Below are positions 37,121 through 46,421 of a stretch of DNA of 59,474 nt, piece after piece. The position numbers and the translations under genes were made by a program. Position 1 is the first letter of the stretch, and every line of letters begins with the position of its first letter. Below the pieces are notes generated by a model. It had not been told where the DNA came from. It was given only the letters and a program-made list of their open reading frames with translations, and did not search any database. The stretch lies in the sequence record SRR2962707_5410. One strand, given 5' to 3'.

Positions 37121-37834
37121 ATGGCACGCTCAAACGTAATGTCAAGCTACTGGCAAGGATTGATCCAGGGGATCCCGTTTAGTTTTGTCGTCGCGCCGTT
37201 TGGCGTTTTGTTCGGCGTTGTCGCAAGCGAAGCCGGCTTAAACATGTTTGAAGCTCTGGCCTTCAGTGCCGCTGTTATTGCTGGCGCGGCTCAGTTTACG
37301 GCGCTTCAGCTTTTGCAGGATCAAGCGCCAACATTTGTCGTGATCGCCTCTGCCCTCGCCGTCAACCTGCGTGTCGCCATGTATTCCGCGTCTCTGACCC
37401 CACATCTGGGCGAAGCAAAACTGTGGCAACGGGCCTTGGCTGCCTACTTTCTGGTGGACCAGACATATGCGCTTAGTTTTGCAGATGGTGAAGCCAACCC
37501 TGACCGCCCCATTGGCGAACGACTGGCCTTTTATTTCGGATCGGCAACGGTGATTTGTTTCCCATGGTTTCCGGCCACAATGATCGGCTCCTGGCTTGGG
37601 CACTCCATTTCATCCGACATGGGGTTGGATTTCGCATTGCCCTTGGCCTTTATCGCGATGATCGCGCCGATGCTGCGGACAACAGCCCACATTGTCGCTG
37701 CGGCAGTTGCCGTGCTCCTCGCGCTCGCCAGTGTTTGGGTCCCTTATAACCTTGGCCTGATAATTGGTGGCTTGGGAGGCATGATGGCCGGGGCACAAAC
37801 CGAATTGTGGATGAACCGGAGACATCAGACATGA
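37121..37834 (+). CDS. azlC: AzlC-family branched-chain amino acid exporter
   Basis: 'PFGVLFG', 'AGAAQF', 'VNLR', 'LVDQTYA', 'GLDFALP'. Confidence 0.88.
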   Translation: MARSNVMSSYWQGLIQGIPFSFVVAPFGVLFGVVASEAGLNMFEALAFSAAVIAGAAQFTALQLLQDQAPTFVVIASALAVNLRVAMYSASLTPHLGEAKLWQRALAAYFLVDQTYALSFADGEANPDRPIGERLAFYFGSATVICFPWFPATMIGSWLGHSISSDMGLDFALPLAFIAMIAPMLRTTAHIVAAAVAVLLALASVWVPYNLGLIIGGLGGMMAGAQTELWMNRRHQT

Positions 37835-38154
37835 TCGAGACAAGCACGCTTTGGATCGTTATGATCAGCTTAGGCATTGGCAGTTTTGCCCTGCGTTTTG
37901 CATTTCTGGGTATCGTTGGAAACCGGCCTTTGCCAGAATGGCTCTTGCGGCATCTTCGCTATACAGCCGTCGCAATCCTACCGGCCCTCATTGCGCCCAT
38001 CGTATTTTTTCCCGCTGCAACAGACGGTCACGCAGACCCCAAAAGGCTGGCCGCTGCCTTCATCACGTTTGTGATCGGCTATTGGACGAAGAACGTTTTG
38101 GGAGCGATGGCAAGCGGAGCAATCGTTCTAACTGCGCTTACCTATTTAACCTAG
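37831..38154 (+). CDS. azlD: AzlD-family membrane protein
   Basis: ATGA overlap with azlC; 'LRFAFL', 'LRYTAVAILPAL'. Confidence 0.85.
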   Translation: MIETSTLWIVMISLGIGSFALRFAFLGIVGNRPLPEWLLRHLRYTAVAILPALIAPIVFFPAATDGHADPKRLAAAFITFVIGYWTKNVLGAMASGAIVLTALTYLT

Positions 38155-38768
38155 TTCGAGTTGCCTAACTGCGCATCAAGGTTCTGAATAGCGACCGATT
38201 TATCGTCATCGTCGTTTTCATAGACGGTCGTTGTTACAACACCGGGCAAGGCACCAAACTGAGACGCAAGTTTCCCTGGAAACCATCCTGTTTTGATATT
38301 CTCAAAACCCGGCAGTTTCTTGAGAATTGAAGACGTAGACAGGGCACATTGCGCTTGAGACACCGCGCCGTTTTCTTGGACCAATTTCAAGGCCAGTTCC
38401 GCGACGTCTGGAGAGACCTCTATCTCTTGGATCACAACGTGATACGTCGAGCGTGCGTGCGCGCTCGCGTATGCGGTTTTGACCGCTGGAGTGATCCCGT
38501 ACAGGACGTCATTGCGTTCTGGTACGGCTGCGAACTTTACAGATCCAGCGGGATCAAACAGCACGCGTTGCGACGCATTAACCATCAAACTGGTGTGCGC
38601 CCCTTCGCCAGAACGGTTGTTGATCATCGTGTACAACGTCAAAGCCGTCGGCCCATTATGACGATAGGCAGCTCGGGCAACCACATCATCGGGCGCCCAA
38701 ACGGTTTCTGTTGCGCAACCACCCAACAAAGCCGCTGCGGCAAGCGCCAAGAAAACAGGCTTCAACAT
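38151..38768 (-). CDS. Conserved hypothetical lipoprotein
   Basis: Lipobox LGGC; 'GAHTSL', 'FDPAGS', 'ERNDVLYG'. Confidence 0.75.
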   Translation of the reverse strand: MLKPVFLALAAAALLGGCATETVWAPDDVVARAAYRHNGPTALTLYTMINNRSGEGAHTSLMVNASQRVLFDPAGSVKFAAVPERNDVLYGITPAVKTAYASAHARSTYHVVIQEIEVSPDVAELALKLVQENGAVSQAQCALSTSSILKKLPGFENIKTGWFPGKLASQFGALPGVVTTTVYENDDDDKSVAIQNLDAQLGNSN

Positions 38769-38796
38769 TTACGTACTTTCACTATTGATCGAAGGA

Positions 38797-38931
38797 TCAG
38801 CCGTTGACCAGCGCCAAGAAGATCAAAACACCGATCGAGAATGCCGCAACATAGGTTGATGCTTTGATAAATCCGTCGAACGTGGCTTCTTGAACAGATG
38901 TATCCATTTCGCCGTGCTTATGTTCTGCCAT
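38797..38931 (-). CDS. ctaH: aa3-type cytochrome c oxidase subunit IV (44 aa; absent from ORF track)
   Basis: Manual translation MAEHKHGEMDTSVQEATFDGFIKASTYVAAFSIGVLIFLALVNG; 'HGxMD...TFxGF' plus one TM helix; GAAGGA RBS. Confidence 0.88.
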   Translation of the reverse strand: MAEHKHGEMDTSVQEATFDGFIKASTYVAAFSIGVLIFLALVNG

Positions 38932-39021
38932 TTTTAAATCCTTCGCATTAGCTGTTGGCCGATTGATTAACGCATTTCACAAGGAGTGTCATCTGCTTCC
39001 AGCTGCGCAGTGTGTCGCGGG

Positions 39022-39471
39022 TCAGCTTGTTTTCAGACTATCCGCCAATTTAAAGCCAATTCGGCGGGCGACGGCCTGTTCGGGCTCTTTTGGCAGGGCG
39101 CGAAGCATGACGCTTAGCTGTGTAACATGCTGAATCAGCTGGGTGCGGGCACCATTCGAGTCAGAGCCGTAGAACGTAACGATATCCGGATCAAAAAAAC
39201 CCATTCCTTCGATGCGTAGAACCCCAGAAGCGTCCCCAGCAAAGCCCATCGCAACCTCTTGTTCGCCATCAAGCTGCTTTTCAAAGTTCTGAATATACAG
39301 GATCAAGCGTTCATACGCCCATTCCGCAGGGCTTTTCTGCTCGACTGGACGGCGGGTAACGTCCTCCGGCAAATCCTCAGACTCACTGTGGTTTTGGGGG
39401 CTAGTATGCACTTCGATTTTGCGGGGAATCGCACTGGCCTCATAGGCTTCGGCCGTGGTTTTGATAGGCAT
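39022..39471 (-). CDS. Conserved hypothetical protein (DUF6173-like)
   Basis: Start MPIKTT with AAGGAG RBS; 'SPAEWAYERLILYIQNFE', 'QLIQHVTQLSVML', 'RRIGF'. Confidence 0.75.
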   Translation of the reverse strand: MPIKTTAEAYEASAIPRKIEVHTSPQNHSESEDLPEDVTRRPVEQKSPAEWAYERLILYIQNFEKQLDGEQEVAMGFAGDASGVLRIEGMGFFDPDIVTFYGSDSNGARTQLIQHVTQLSVMLRALPKEPEQAVARRIGFKLADSLKTS

Positions 39472-39481
39472 TTCGTCTCCT

Positions 39482-39940
39482 TCACAGCGGCAATGCCGTT
39501 GTTTCCTTGATCTCTTCCATAACAAAGCTCGCCGAAATATCCGATAGGGGAACTTTGGCAATCACTCTTTTGTAAAATGCATCATAGGCCGGAACGTCCT
39601 TGACCCTAACCCGCAGCAGGTAATCCAGGTCGCCTGACATCCGGTAAGCGCCGACAACTTCTGGCATCGCGCGAATCGCCGATTGAAACCGATCCATCCA
39701 ATCGGAATCATGCTCGGAGGTGCGCACAAGCACCATAACTTCCAAAGGACAACCAACCTTGGCGGCATCGGCCAAAACAACGCGCCCACGAATTACGCCA
39801 GTTTGTTCCATCAACCGCATTCGGCGCCAACAGGCGTTTCGAGACAGATGAACACGTTCCGAGATTTCATCCACGCTCAGACTGGCGTCTTTTTGAAGAA
39901 TCTCAAGGATTCTACGATCAGTGTCATCAAGTTTACCCAT
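39482..39940 (-). CDS. Lrp/AsnC-family regulator
   Basis: 'LDDTDRRILEILQ', 'CWRR', 'SGDLDYLLRV', 'MEEIKETTALP'. Confidence 0.92.
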   Translation of the reverse strand: MGKLDDTDRRILEILQKDASLSVDEISERVHLSRNACWRRMRLMEQTGVIRGRVVLADAAKVGCPLEVMVLVRTSEHDSDWMDRFQSAIRAMPEVVGAYRMSGDLDYLLRVRVKDVPAYDAFYKRVIAKVPLSDISASFVMEEIKETTALPL

Positions 39941-40286
39941 TTCTTAGGATATTATCCCAAAAGATCATTTTCGCCAGTCAAAATTGGGATAACACAACTG
40001 CCTACGCGCGCTATCATGTTTCAATCCTTTTGACCGCCCGAGCTTTTCCATGACAAATGCTGCGCCAAGCGCGAAATTCTCCAACGCTTTCGAACCCGTT
40101 TTCCGCCCCACTCTCACCTATATAAGAACAGCGCAAATCGCTCTTGAAGCGGTGTCTTTCTGCGGATGTTTTCCGAGGGCGCGTTTGATGTGGACAAGAA
40201 CACAGCCCACAGCCTGCAGGCACCCAAACTCGAACGGTCACCTGCTGAATGCTCAGAACACCCCCCGACACGAGGTCCGTTAATTC

Positions 40287-41069
40287 ATGTGCCGAATCGC
40301 CGCCTATTCCGGCCCAGCCATCGCGCTAGAAGATATCATCGTTAAGCCTGCCCACTCTCTGCTGTCGCAATCTCAACATGCGAACGAAGCCAAACTGGCC
40401 GTGAATGGGGATGGCTTTGGCATCGCTTGGTACGGCGTGGGTTCAACACCCGGCCTCTATAGAGACGTGCTACCGGCATGGGCCGATGACAATCTGGTCA
40501 ACCTCTGCCGAATGGTTCACTCTCACCGTTTCGTTGCGCATATTCGCGCGTCAACGATGGGCGAAACAGCCCGGGCAAATTGCCACCCGTTTTCATGGAG
40601 GAACTGGGCCTTTTGCCACAACGGCCAAGTCCCGCATTTCCCGCGCATCCGTCGTATGCTTGAGGCGGCCTTACCCGACGACTTATACAACCACCGTCGC
40701 GGGACCACAGATAGCGAGATGATCTTTTTGACATTGCTGCGCCATGGATTAATGAACAATCCGAAGGACGCGCTTTTGAGAACGATTTCTGAGTTGTCGC
40801 CTGCGCCTGCAGACGCTCCATTGCGCATGACGACAGTGTTCTCTGACGGCGAGACGCTTTTTGGCCTCCGGCACGCATCGGACAACCATAGCCCCACGCT
40901 GTATGTTTCGGACCGTCAGAGTGATGGTGGCAGGATCCTGGCCTCTGAACCGCTCTGCGGCAATCCAGAAAACTGGCAACTGGTCCCGCCCGAAACTTTG
41001 TGCAGTGTCTCTCCCAATGGGACGGTCTGCTACGCAGCTCTGGACGAAACCGCGCGCCTTATTGCATAG
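40287..41069 (+). CDS. Class II (Ntn) glutamine amidotransferase, EgtC/YafJ-like
   Basis: N-terminal MCR, 'NGDGFG', 'AHIRAST', 'NCHPF', 'HNG', 'TTDSE'. Confidence 0.9.
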   Translation: MCRIAAYSGPAIALEDIIVKPAHSLLSQSQHANEAKLAVNGDGFGIAWYGVGSTPGLYRDVLPAWADDNLVNLCRMVHSHRFVAHIRASTMGETARANCHPFSWRNWAFCHNGQVPHFPRIRRMLEAALPDDLYNHRRGTTDSEMIFLTLLRHGLMNNPKDALLRTISELSPAPADAPLRMTTVFSDGETLFGLRHASDNHSPTLYVSDRQSDGGRILASEPLCGNPENWQLVPPETLCSVSPNGTVCYAALDETARLIA

Positions 41070-42108
41070 CCCTTTGGTACAACCAGGCACCATCGTCGCG
41101 AACGGAGCGGGTCACTTGCCCCAGCCTATACAAGTGATTGACGTGGCCAATCGCCTCGACAAGCGCCAGACCATACTCGGCATCACCAATTGACCGCTTA
41201 AACAAGGGGCCGAAACATTCTCCGGCGGCTTTGGGCGTCTCGAGAAACTCAAGAAGCCGGTCCAACGCGCTGTGATGGTTGTCGATCAGTTGGCGCATCC
41301 GAAAGGGTAATCCGGTAAAGGGCAGTTTATGCCCACCAAGGACAAGGTGATCCGTCCGGGCCAACAGCGCCAAACGCTCACACGCTTCGAGCCAATCACC
41401 GACAGGGTCCGCCATTGGCTCTGTCGCATAGGCCCCAAGGTTCGAACTGATCGACGGCAGGATCTGATCCCCGGCAAGCACGAGATTATCATCCCGGGAC
41501 CATAATGTTGCGTGCTCTGGAGCGTGACCATTTCCGATATGAACGTTCCATGTACGCCCGCCAATTTGAAGAACGTCGTCCTGTTGAATGCGCGTGAACC
41601 CCAATGGCATGTGGTACACGACATCGGCAAAATTCATCGGCCGTTCCTGCATGCGTTTATCCAAAATTGCGGGGTCCATGCCAGCGCGGCACCAAAATTT
41701 GCGCGTTTCTTCGGTCGGAACTTCTTGGACATCCAGATGCAGCATCCGCGAGAACAGCCAAGCAGTCCGGGTCGCCAAAAGTTCGGCGCCATGTTCCCGC
41801 TGGAACCATCCGGCTAAGCCAACATGGTCAGGGTGATGATGTGTGACCAACACGCGGCCGACGGGTTTACCCGCCAACGGACCCTCCAACAGGCTTTGCC
41901 ACACGGCGCGGGTTTTCTTGGTGTTCATGCCAGTGTCAATCACGGTCCAGCTATCGCCATCGTCCAGCGCATAGATATTGACGTGATCTAACTTCATCGG
42001 AAGCGGCAGGCGCATCCAAAGCACACCATCCGCGATCTCAATGGCTTCACCCGGTTTAGGCGGTTCGTCCCATGGGTAACGAATGCCGTCCAAAATCACA
42101 TCCTTCAT
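41059..42108 (-). CDS. MBL-fold metallo-hydrolase
   Basis: 'THHHPDHVG', 'GHAPEH', 'GDQ', 'GH'. Confidence 0.9.
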   Translation of the reverse strand: MKDVILDGIRYPWDEPPKPGEAIEIADGVLWMRLPLPMKLDHVNIYALDDGDSWTVIDTGMNTKKTRAVWQSLLEGPLAGKPVGRVLVTHHHPDHVGLAGWFQREHGAELLATRTAWLFSRMLHLDVQEVPTEETRKFWCRAGMDPAILDKRMQERPMNFADVVYHMPLGFTRIQQDDVLQIGGRTWNVHIGNGHAPEHATLWSRDDNLVLAGDQILPSISSNLGAYATEPMADPVGDWLEACERLALLARTDHLVLGGHKLPFTGLPFRMRQLIDNHHSALDRLLEFLETPKAAGECFGPLFKRSIGDAEYGLALVEAIGHVNHLYRLGQVTRSVRDDGAWLYQRAMQ

Positions 42109-43820
42109 CCGGCCAAATCCTCAGGTGTCACGGCGTACAAACCCTCAGCGCCACAACGTGCGTGGGCCAAAAGACCGATATGCTCTGGCAACAACCGGTT
42201 GATATAAAATCCTGCCAGCCGTTCACGCGCACCGCCTTTGTCTGCCATGGCTGCCTTAAGATGAACATACCCCCCCAGAACGCGGGCGAAAGCACGCAAA
42301 TAGGGCACCGATCCAGCAAACCGCGTGTTCATCTCAGATTGAGACAGCATCCATTCTGTCGTGTCCCGCAGCGTTTCACAGCTTTGCCAAAGTGCCTCAG
42401 CCAGCTCGGCATAGTCGCCGCGTGCCGAGTCCGCAAAATTCCGGATCTCTTTTAGAAGGGAAAAGGCTGCATCGCCGCCGTCCATCAATTTACGCCCCAC
42501 TAGATCCATGGACTGAATGCCGTTGGTCCCTTCATAGATCGCTGTGACCCGCACGTCCCGGTAATACTGGGCCGCGCCAGTTTCCTCGATGAAACCCATA
42601 CCACCATGGACCTGCACACCCATTTCGGACACTGCAATACCGGTATCCGTCCCAAATGCCTTTGTGATGGGCGTCAATAAGGCCGCGCGCGCCAGCCAGG
42701 CTTTATCACCAGTGGCGCGATGCATATCGATCGCAACAGCGCACATAAAGGCGATCGAACGGGCCGCAAAGGTATCCGCCTTCATCGTTGCCAACATTCT
42801 ACGAACGTCCGCATGATCGATAATGGTGCCACTGCCGTCTTTTACCGGTGTGCGCCCCTGTTTACGTTCTTGCGCATAGGCCAAGGCGTGTTGATATGCG
42901 CCTTCCGCTTGGGAAATCCCCTGAATTCCGACGCCGAGACGGGCGTTGTTCATCATTGTGAACATGCACTTCATTCCGTCGTTTTCATTGCCGATCATCC
43001 AGCCTATGGCCCCGTCATATTGCATGACAGCGGTCGGGCTTCCGTGAAGGCCCATCTTATGCTCAAGGCTGACCACCTTTAGCGAGTTGGCCACACCGGG
43101 GCTGCCCTTTTCGTCTGGTAAGAATTTGGGCACTAAAAACAGGCTGATCCCTTTGGTACCCGGAACACCGTCTGGCAGGCGTGCCAAGACCAAATGGCAG
43201 ATATTTTCGGTAACATCGCTGTCGCCCCAACTGATATAGATCTTTTGTCCTGTAATGCTGTAGGTGCCGTCCCCATTTGGTTCCGCTTTGCTGCTCAGTG
43301 CACCGACATCACTGCCTGCTTGTGGCTCTGTCAGGTTCATTGTCCCGGCCCACTCACCCGTCACAAGCTTGGGCAAATACAAATCCTTGATCGATTGAGA
43401 CGCGTGGTTTTCCAGCGCTTCGATCTGACCTTGAGTCATCAATGGGTTCAATTGCAGGGACAGGCAGGCCGACCCCATCATGTCATTCACGGCCATTGCC
43501 ATGGTCAGTGGCAACCCCATACCGCCATGATCTGGGTCTGCGGCAATAGCCACCCAGCCGCCGTCTGCAATCGCCTTATACCCTTCCACGAAACCGGGAG
43601 AGGTCCGCACAACACCATTTTCAAGATGAGCCGGATGCAGGTCTCCATTGCGCTGCAGTGGAGACAACACCTCTTCGCACATTTTTCCTGCCTCGGTCAG
43701 GATGGCAGTGACAATATCCGGCGTTGAATCGGCGAATAACTCGGTTTCCGTCATCTGAGGAAAATCAACGATTTTATCGAAAATAAATTGGAAATCAGAA
43801 ACGGGTGCGCGAAACGGCAT
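42105..43820 (-). CDS. Acyl-CoA dehydrogenase (long, DmdC-like clade)
   Basis: Start MPFRAP; 'TMNLTEPQAGSD', 'EHKMGLHGSPT', 'QVHGGMGFIEE', 'IYEGTNGIQ'. Confidence 0.92.
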   Translation of the reverse strand: MPFRAPVSDFQFIFDKIVDFPQMTETELFADSTPDIVTAILTEAGKMCEEVLSPLQRNGDLHPAHLENGVVRTSPGFVEGYKAIADGGWVAIAADPDHGGMGLPLTMAMAVNDMMGSACLSLQLNPLMTQGQIEALENHASQSIKDLYLPKLVTGEWAGTMNLTEPQAGSDVGALSSKAEPNGDGTYSITGQKIYISWGDSDVTENICHLVLARLPDGVPGTKGISLFLVPKFLPDEKGSPGVANSLKVVSLEHKMGLHGSPTAVMQYDGAIGWMIGNENDGMKCMFTMMNNARLGVGIQGISQAEGAYQHALAYAQERKQGRTPVKDGSGTIIDHADVRRMLATMKADTFAARSIAFMCAVAIDMHRATGDKAWLARAALLTPITKAFGTDTGIAVSEMGVQVHGGMGFIEETGAAQYYRDVRVTAIYEGTNGIQSMDLVGRKLMDGGDAAFSLLKEIRNFADSARGDYAELAEALWQSCETLRDTTEWMLSQSEMNTRFAGSVPYLRAFARVLGGYVHLKAAMADKGGARERLAGFYINRLLPEHIGLLAHARCGAEGLYAVTPEDLAG

Positions 43821-43943
43821 GGACTGCCTCCTACAAGGATGACTTGGCAATATCTCGGGACCCAAGTAAGCAAGGCCCGCATTGGTTTCGCAGAATTAGC
43901 CACCAGAGCCAAGCCATCAACCAAAACGCGGCGTCACAAGAAC

Positions 43944-44894
43944 ATGACAGAACACATTGCCACCCAGATATTTGCGCCAGATTCCGCTGGAATTGCCAAG
44001 GCTGTCAAGGCTCTGAGCACTGGTGCTTTAGTCGCATTTCCCACCGAAACGGTCTATGGGCTTGGCGCGGATGCCAGCAATGATCTGGCGGTGGCAAAGA
44101 TTTACGAGGCCAAGGGACGTCCAAGCTTCAACCCCTTGATCGTGCATTTGGCCCATCTGGAAGATGTCAAAGCGCTTGTTGAGTGGAATGATCTGGCCGA
44201 GCGCGTAGCTGCGAGTTTTTGGCCGGGGCCTTTGACGCTTGTCCTTCCCATTCGCCCCGATGCGAATATTTCCAAATTGGTCACAGCTGGCATGGACAGC
44301 CTCGCCGTCAGAATGCCATCGAACGAAACTGCACGGTCTTTGTTGACGGCTTTTGGTGGCCCGGTTGCCGCACCATCTGCCAATAGATCAGGACAGATCA
44401 GCCCGACACGTGCGGCGCATGTCGTTGAAGGCCTGTCCGGACGCATTTCAGCCGTGCTGGACGGCGGTCCCTGTCGCGAAGGGCTGGAGTCAACAATCCT
44501 TGGATTGGTTGAAACCCCCACCCTTTTGCGCCCTGGCACGGTCACCAAAGAAGCCTTAAGCCAAGCTTTGGGACAACCCATCGTGACCCGTAGCGAAGGG
44601 GCAGCGATTTCGGCACCGGGGCAACTCAGCTCCCATTATGCACCGAATGCCCATGTTCGTCTTAACGCAACTACTTGGCGCGCTAACGAAGCCAGACTGG
44701 GCTTTGGACCGGTTGAGTGTGATTTGAACCTGTCTCCTAGCGGCGACTTGGTCGAAGCTGCTGCCAACTTGTTTGAGTATCTGCACCGTCTTGATGCAAC
44801 AGGCCAAACCGGGATCGCTGTATCGGAAATTCCGGACACCGGGTTGGGTGTGGCGATCAACGACCGCCTGACACGGGCAGCGGCCCCCCGTTAG
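43944..44894 (+). CDS. tsaC: L-threonylcarbamoyladenylate synthase (Sua5 type)
   Basis: 'FPTETVYGL', 'KGRPSFNPLIVH', 'APSANRSG', 'PGQLSSHYAP', 'AINDRL'. Confidence 0.94.
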   Translation: MTEHIATQIFAPDSAGIAKAVKALSTGALVAFPTETVYGLGADASNDLAVAKIYEAKGRPSFNPLIVHLAHLEDVKALVEWNDLAERVAASFWPGPLTLVLPIRPDANISKLVTAGMDSLAVRMPSNETARSLLTAFGGPVAAPSANRSGQISPTRAAHVVEGLSGRISAVLDGGPCREGLESTILGLVETPTLLRPGTVTKEALSQALGQPIVTRSEGAAISAPGQLSSHYAPNAHVRLNATTWRANEARLGFGPVECDLNLSPSGDLVEAAANLFEYLHRLDATGQTGIAVSEIPDTGLGVAINDRLTRAAAPR

Positions 44895-45466
44895 GCACTC
44901 CCACCTTCGGCCGACAACACCAAAGAGGAAATTCCGAGCGATTCGAGCGCTTTTTCCCATTTTTCGGGATTGGGGATATCGTAAACCAATTCAGGAGATG
45001 CATCGCACATCAACCAGCCATTGGCCGCAATCTCAGACTCCAATTGGTTCGCGCCCCAACCGGCATACCCCAGCATCATCAACCGTTTGTCGGGCCCGTT
45101 TCCCGCGGCTATATCCTCCAGAATGTCCAATGTCGCTGTCATGCGAAAAGTTTCATCAACTTCCAATGTTGCGACCGGCGACGAATAATCTGGCGAATGC
45201 AAAACAAAGCCACGCCCCTGCTCAACGGGACCACCATAAAAAACAGGTTTGCCCCGCATGTCCGTCCCAACCTGAATATTCAGCTGCTCCAACAACATAT
45301 TCATTGTGATATCTGGTGTGGGCTTATTGATGATCAGACCCATTGCCCCCTCTTCAGAATGGGCGCAAACGTACACCAGACTGTGTTCGAATCGTGGATC
45401 TTCCATCCCCGGCATAGCAATCAATAGCTTGCCTGTTAAATCAGTGACGCCGGTTTCTTCTGCCAT
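44891..45466 (-). CDS. YqgE/AlgH family protein
   Basis: 'LLIAMP', 'GAMGLIINKP', 'GGPV', 'GYAGW...QLESEI..NGW'. Confidence 0.92.
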   Translation of the reverse strand: MAEETGVTDLTGKLLIAMPGMEDPRFEHSLVYVCAHSEEGAMGLIINKPTPDITMNMLLEQLNIQVGTDMRGKPVFYGGPVEQGRGFVLHSPDYSSPVATLEVDETFRMTATLDILEDIAAGNGPDKRLMMLGYAGWGANQLESEIAANGWLMCDASPELVYDIPNPEKWEKALESLGISSLVLSAEGGSA

Positions 45467-45608
45467 TCTGTACCTAATAGTGAGTCGATTTCGTCAAGGA
45501 TGCCCAGCACAGCGTTCGGCTGCAAGCTTTCTTCACCTCACGTTTGATGACACAGACTTCGCTGGATCGTGACTTGGCATTTCAGCAAAACAACGCCATT
45601 TGAATGAT

Positions 45609-46406
45609 ATGATGCAAAAAATTATCTCATCCGCTGTCTTGGCTTTCGGTCTTTGCACTGGCGTTCAAGCCGAAAATTTAGGCACATTGATCGAAGGGGA
45701 TCTGCGCCCCGGCTGGCGTTTGGCAAGCGGCGAGCATGTCGCCGCCCTGCATCTGACATTGGCCCCAGGTTGGAAAACCTATTGGCGCGCGCCAGGAGAT
45801 GCGGGCATTCCACCACTTTTCAATTGGAGCGGCTCGACCAACGCAGAGCGCGTGACGGTCAATTGGCCAACGCCAAAAGTGTTTGACCAATCCGGGATGA
45901 GATCCATCGGTTACTCCAAAGAAGTGGTTTTGCCGATCTATATCGCCCCCAACACGGCAGGCGACATCAAGTTAAACGGGGAAATGCAGTTGGGCCTATG
46001 CAAAGACATCTGTCTTCCGCATACGATCCATTTCAAAGCCACCCTACTCGGTTCAGAAAAGCGCGCCGACCCGGTAATCGCGTCAGCCCTTGCCGCCTTG
46101 CCCTATGATTCAAGCGAGGCTTCGGTCAAATTCGTCAAATGCAAAATCGCACCGGCACAGGGGGGATTGTCTTTGCGGGCTGAAATCTCGATGCCGAGCA
46201 CGGGCGGTCATGAGGTTGCGGTCATCGAAACCTCAAATCCCATGGTCTGGGTCGAAGAGCCGGAAACGCGCCGATCAGGCCGCATCTTAACCGCGCAAGC
46301 CACAATGATGCATATGGAAGGCGATGCCTTTGCTTTGGACCGCTCAAAGGTCCGCTTTACCGTCATCGGAAAACGCTATGCGGTCGATATTCAGGGCTGC
46401 GATTGA
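45609..46406 (+). CDS. Protein-disulfide reductase DsbD N-terminal-like domain protein
   Basis: Signal peptide; 'GWKTYWRAPGDAGIPP', 'CKDICLP'. Confidence 0.85.
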   Translation: MMQKIISSAVLAFGLCTGVQAENLGTLIEGDLRPGWRLASGEHVAALHLTLAPGWKTYWRAPGDAGIPPLFNWSGSTNAERVTVNWPTPKVFDQSGMRSIGYSKEVVLPIYIAPNTAGDIKLNGEMQLGLCKDICLPHTIHFKATLLGSEKRADPVIASALAALPYDSSEASVKFVKCKIAPAQGGLSLRAEISMPSTGGHEVAVIETSNPMVWVEEPETRRSGRILTAQATMMHMEGDAFALDRSKVRFTVIGKRYAVDIQGCD

Positions 46407-46421
46407 TCGCAGCCCCTCGCA

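Noticed and set aside
40050-40283. 77-aa ORF upstream of the amidotransferase
   Set aside because: No convincing RBS or motif; not called as CDS
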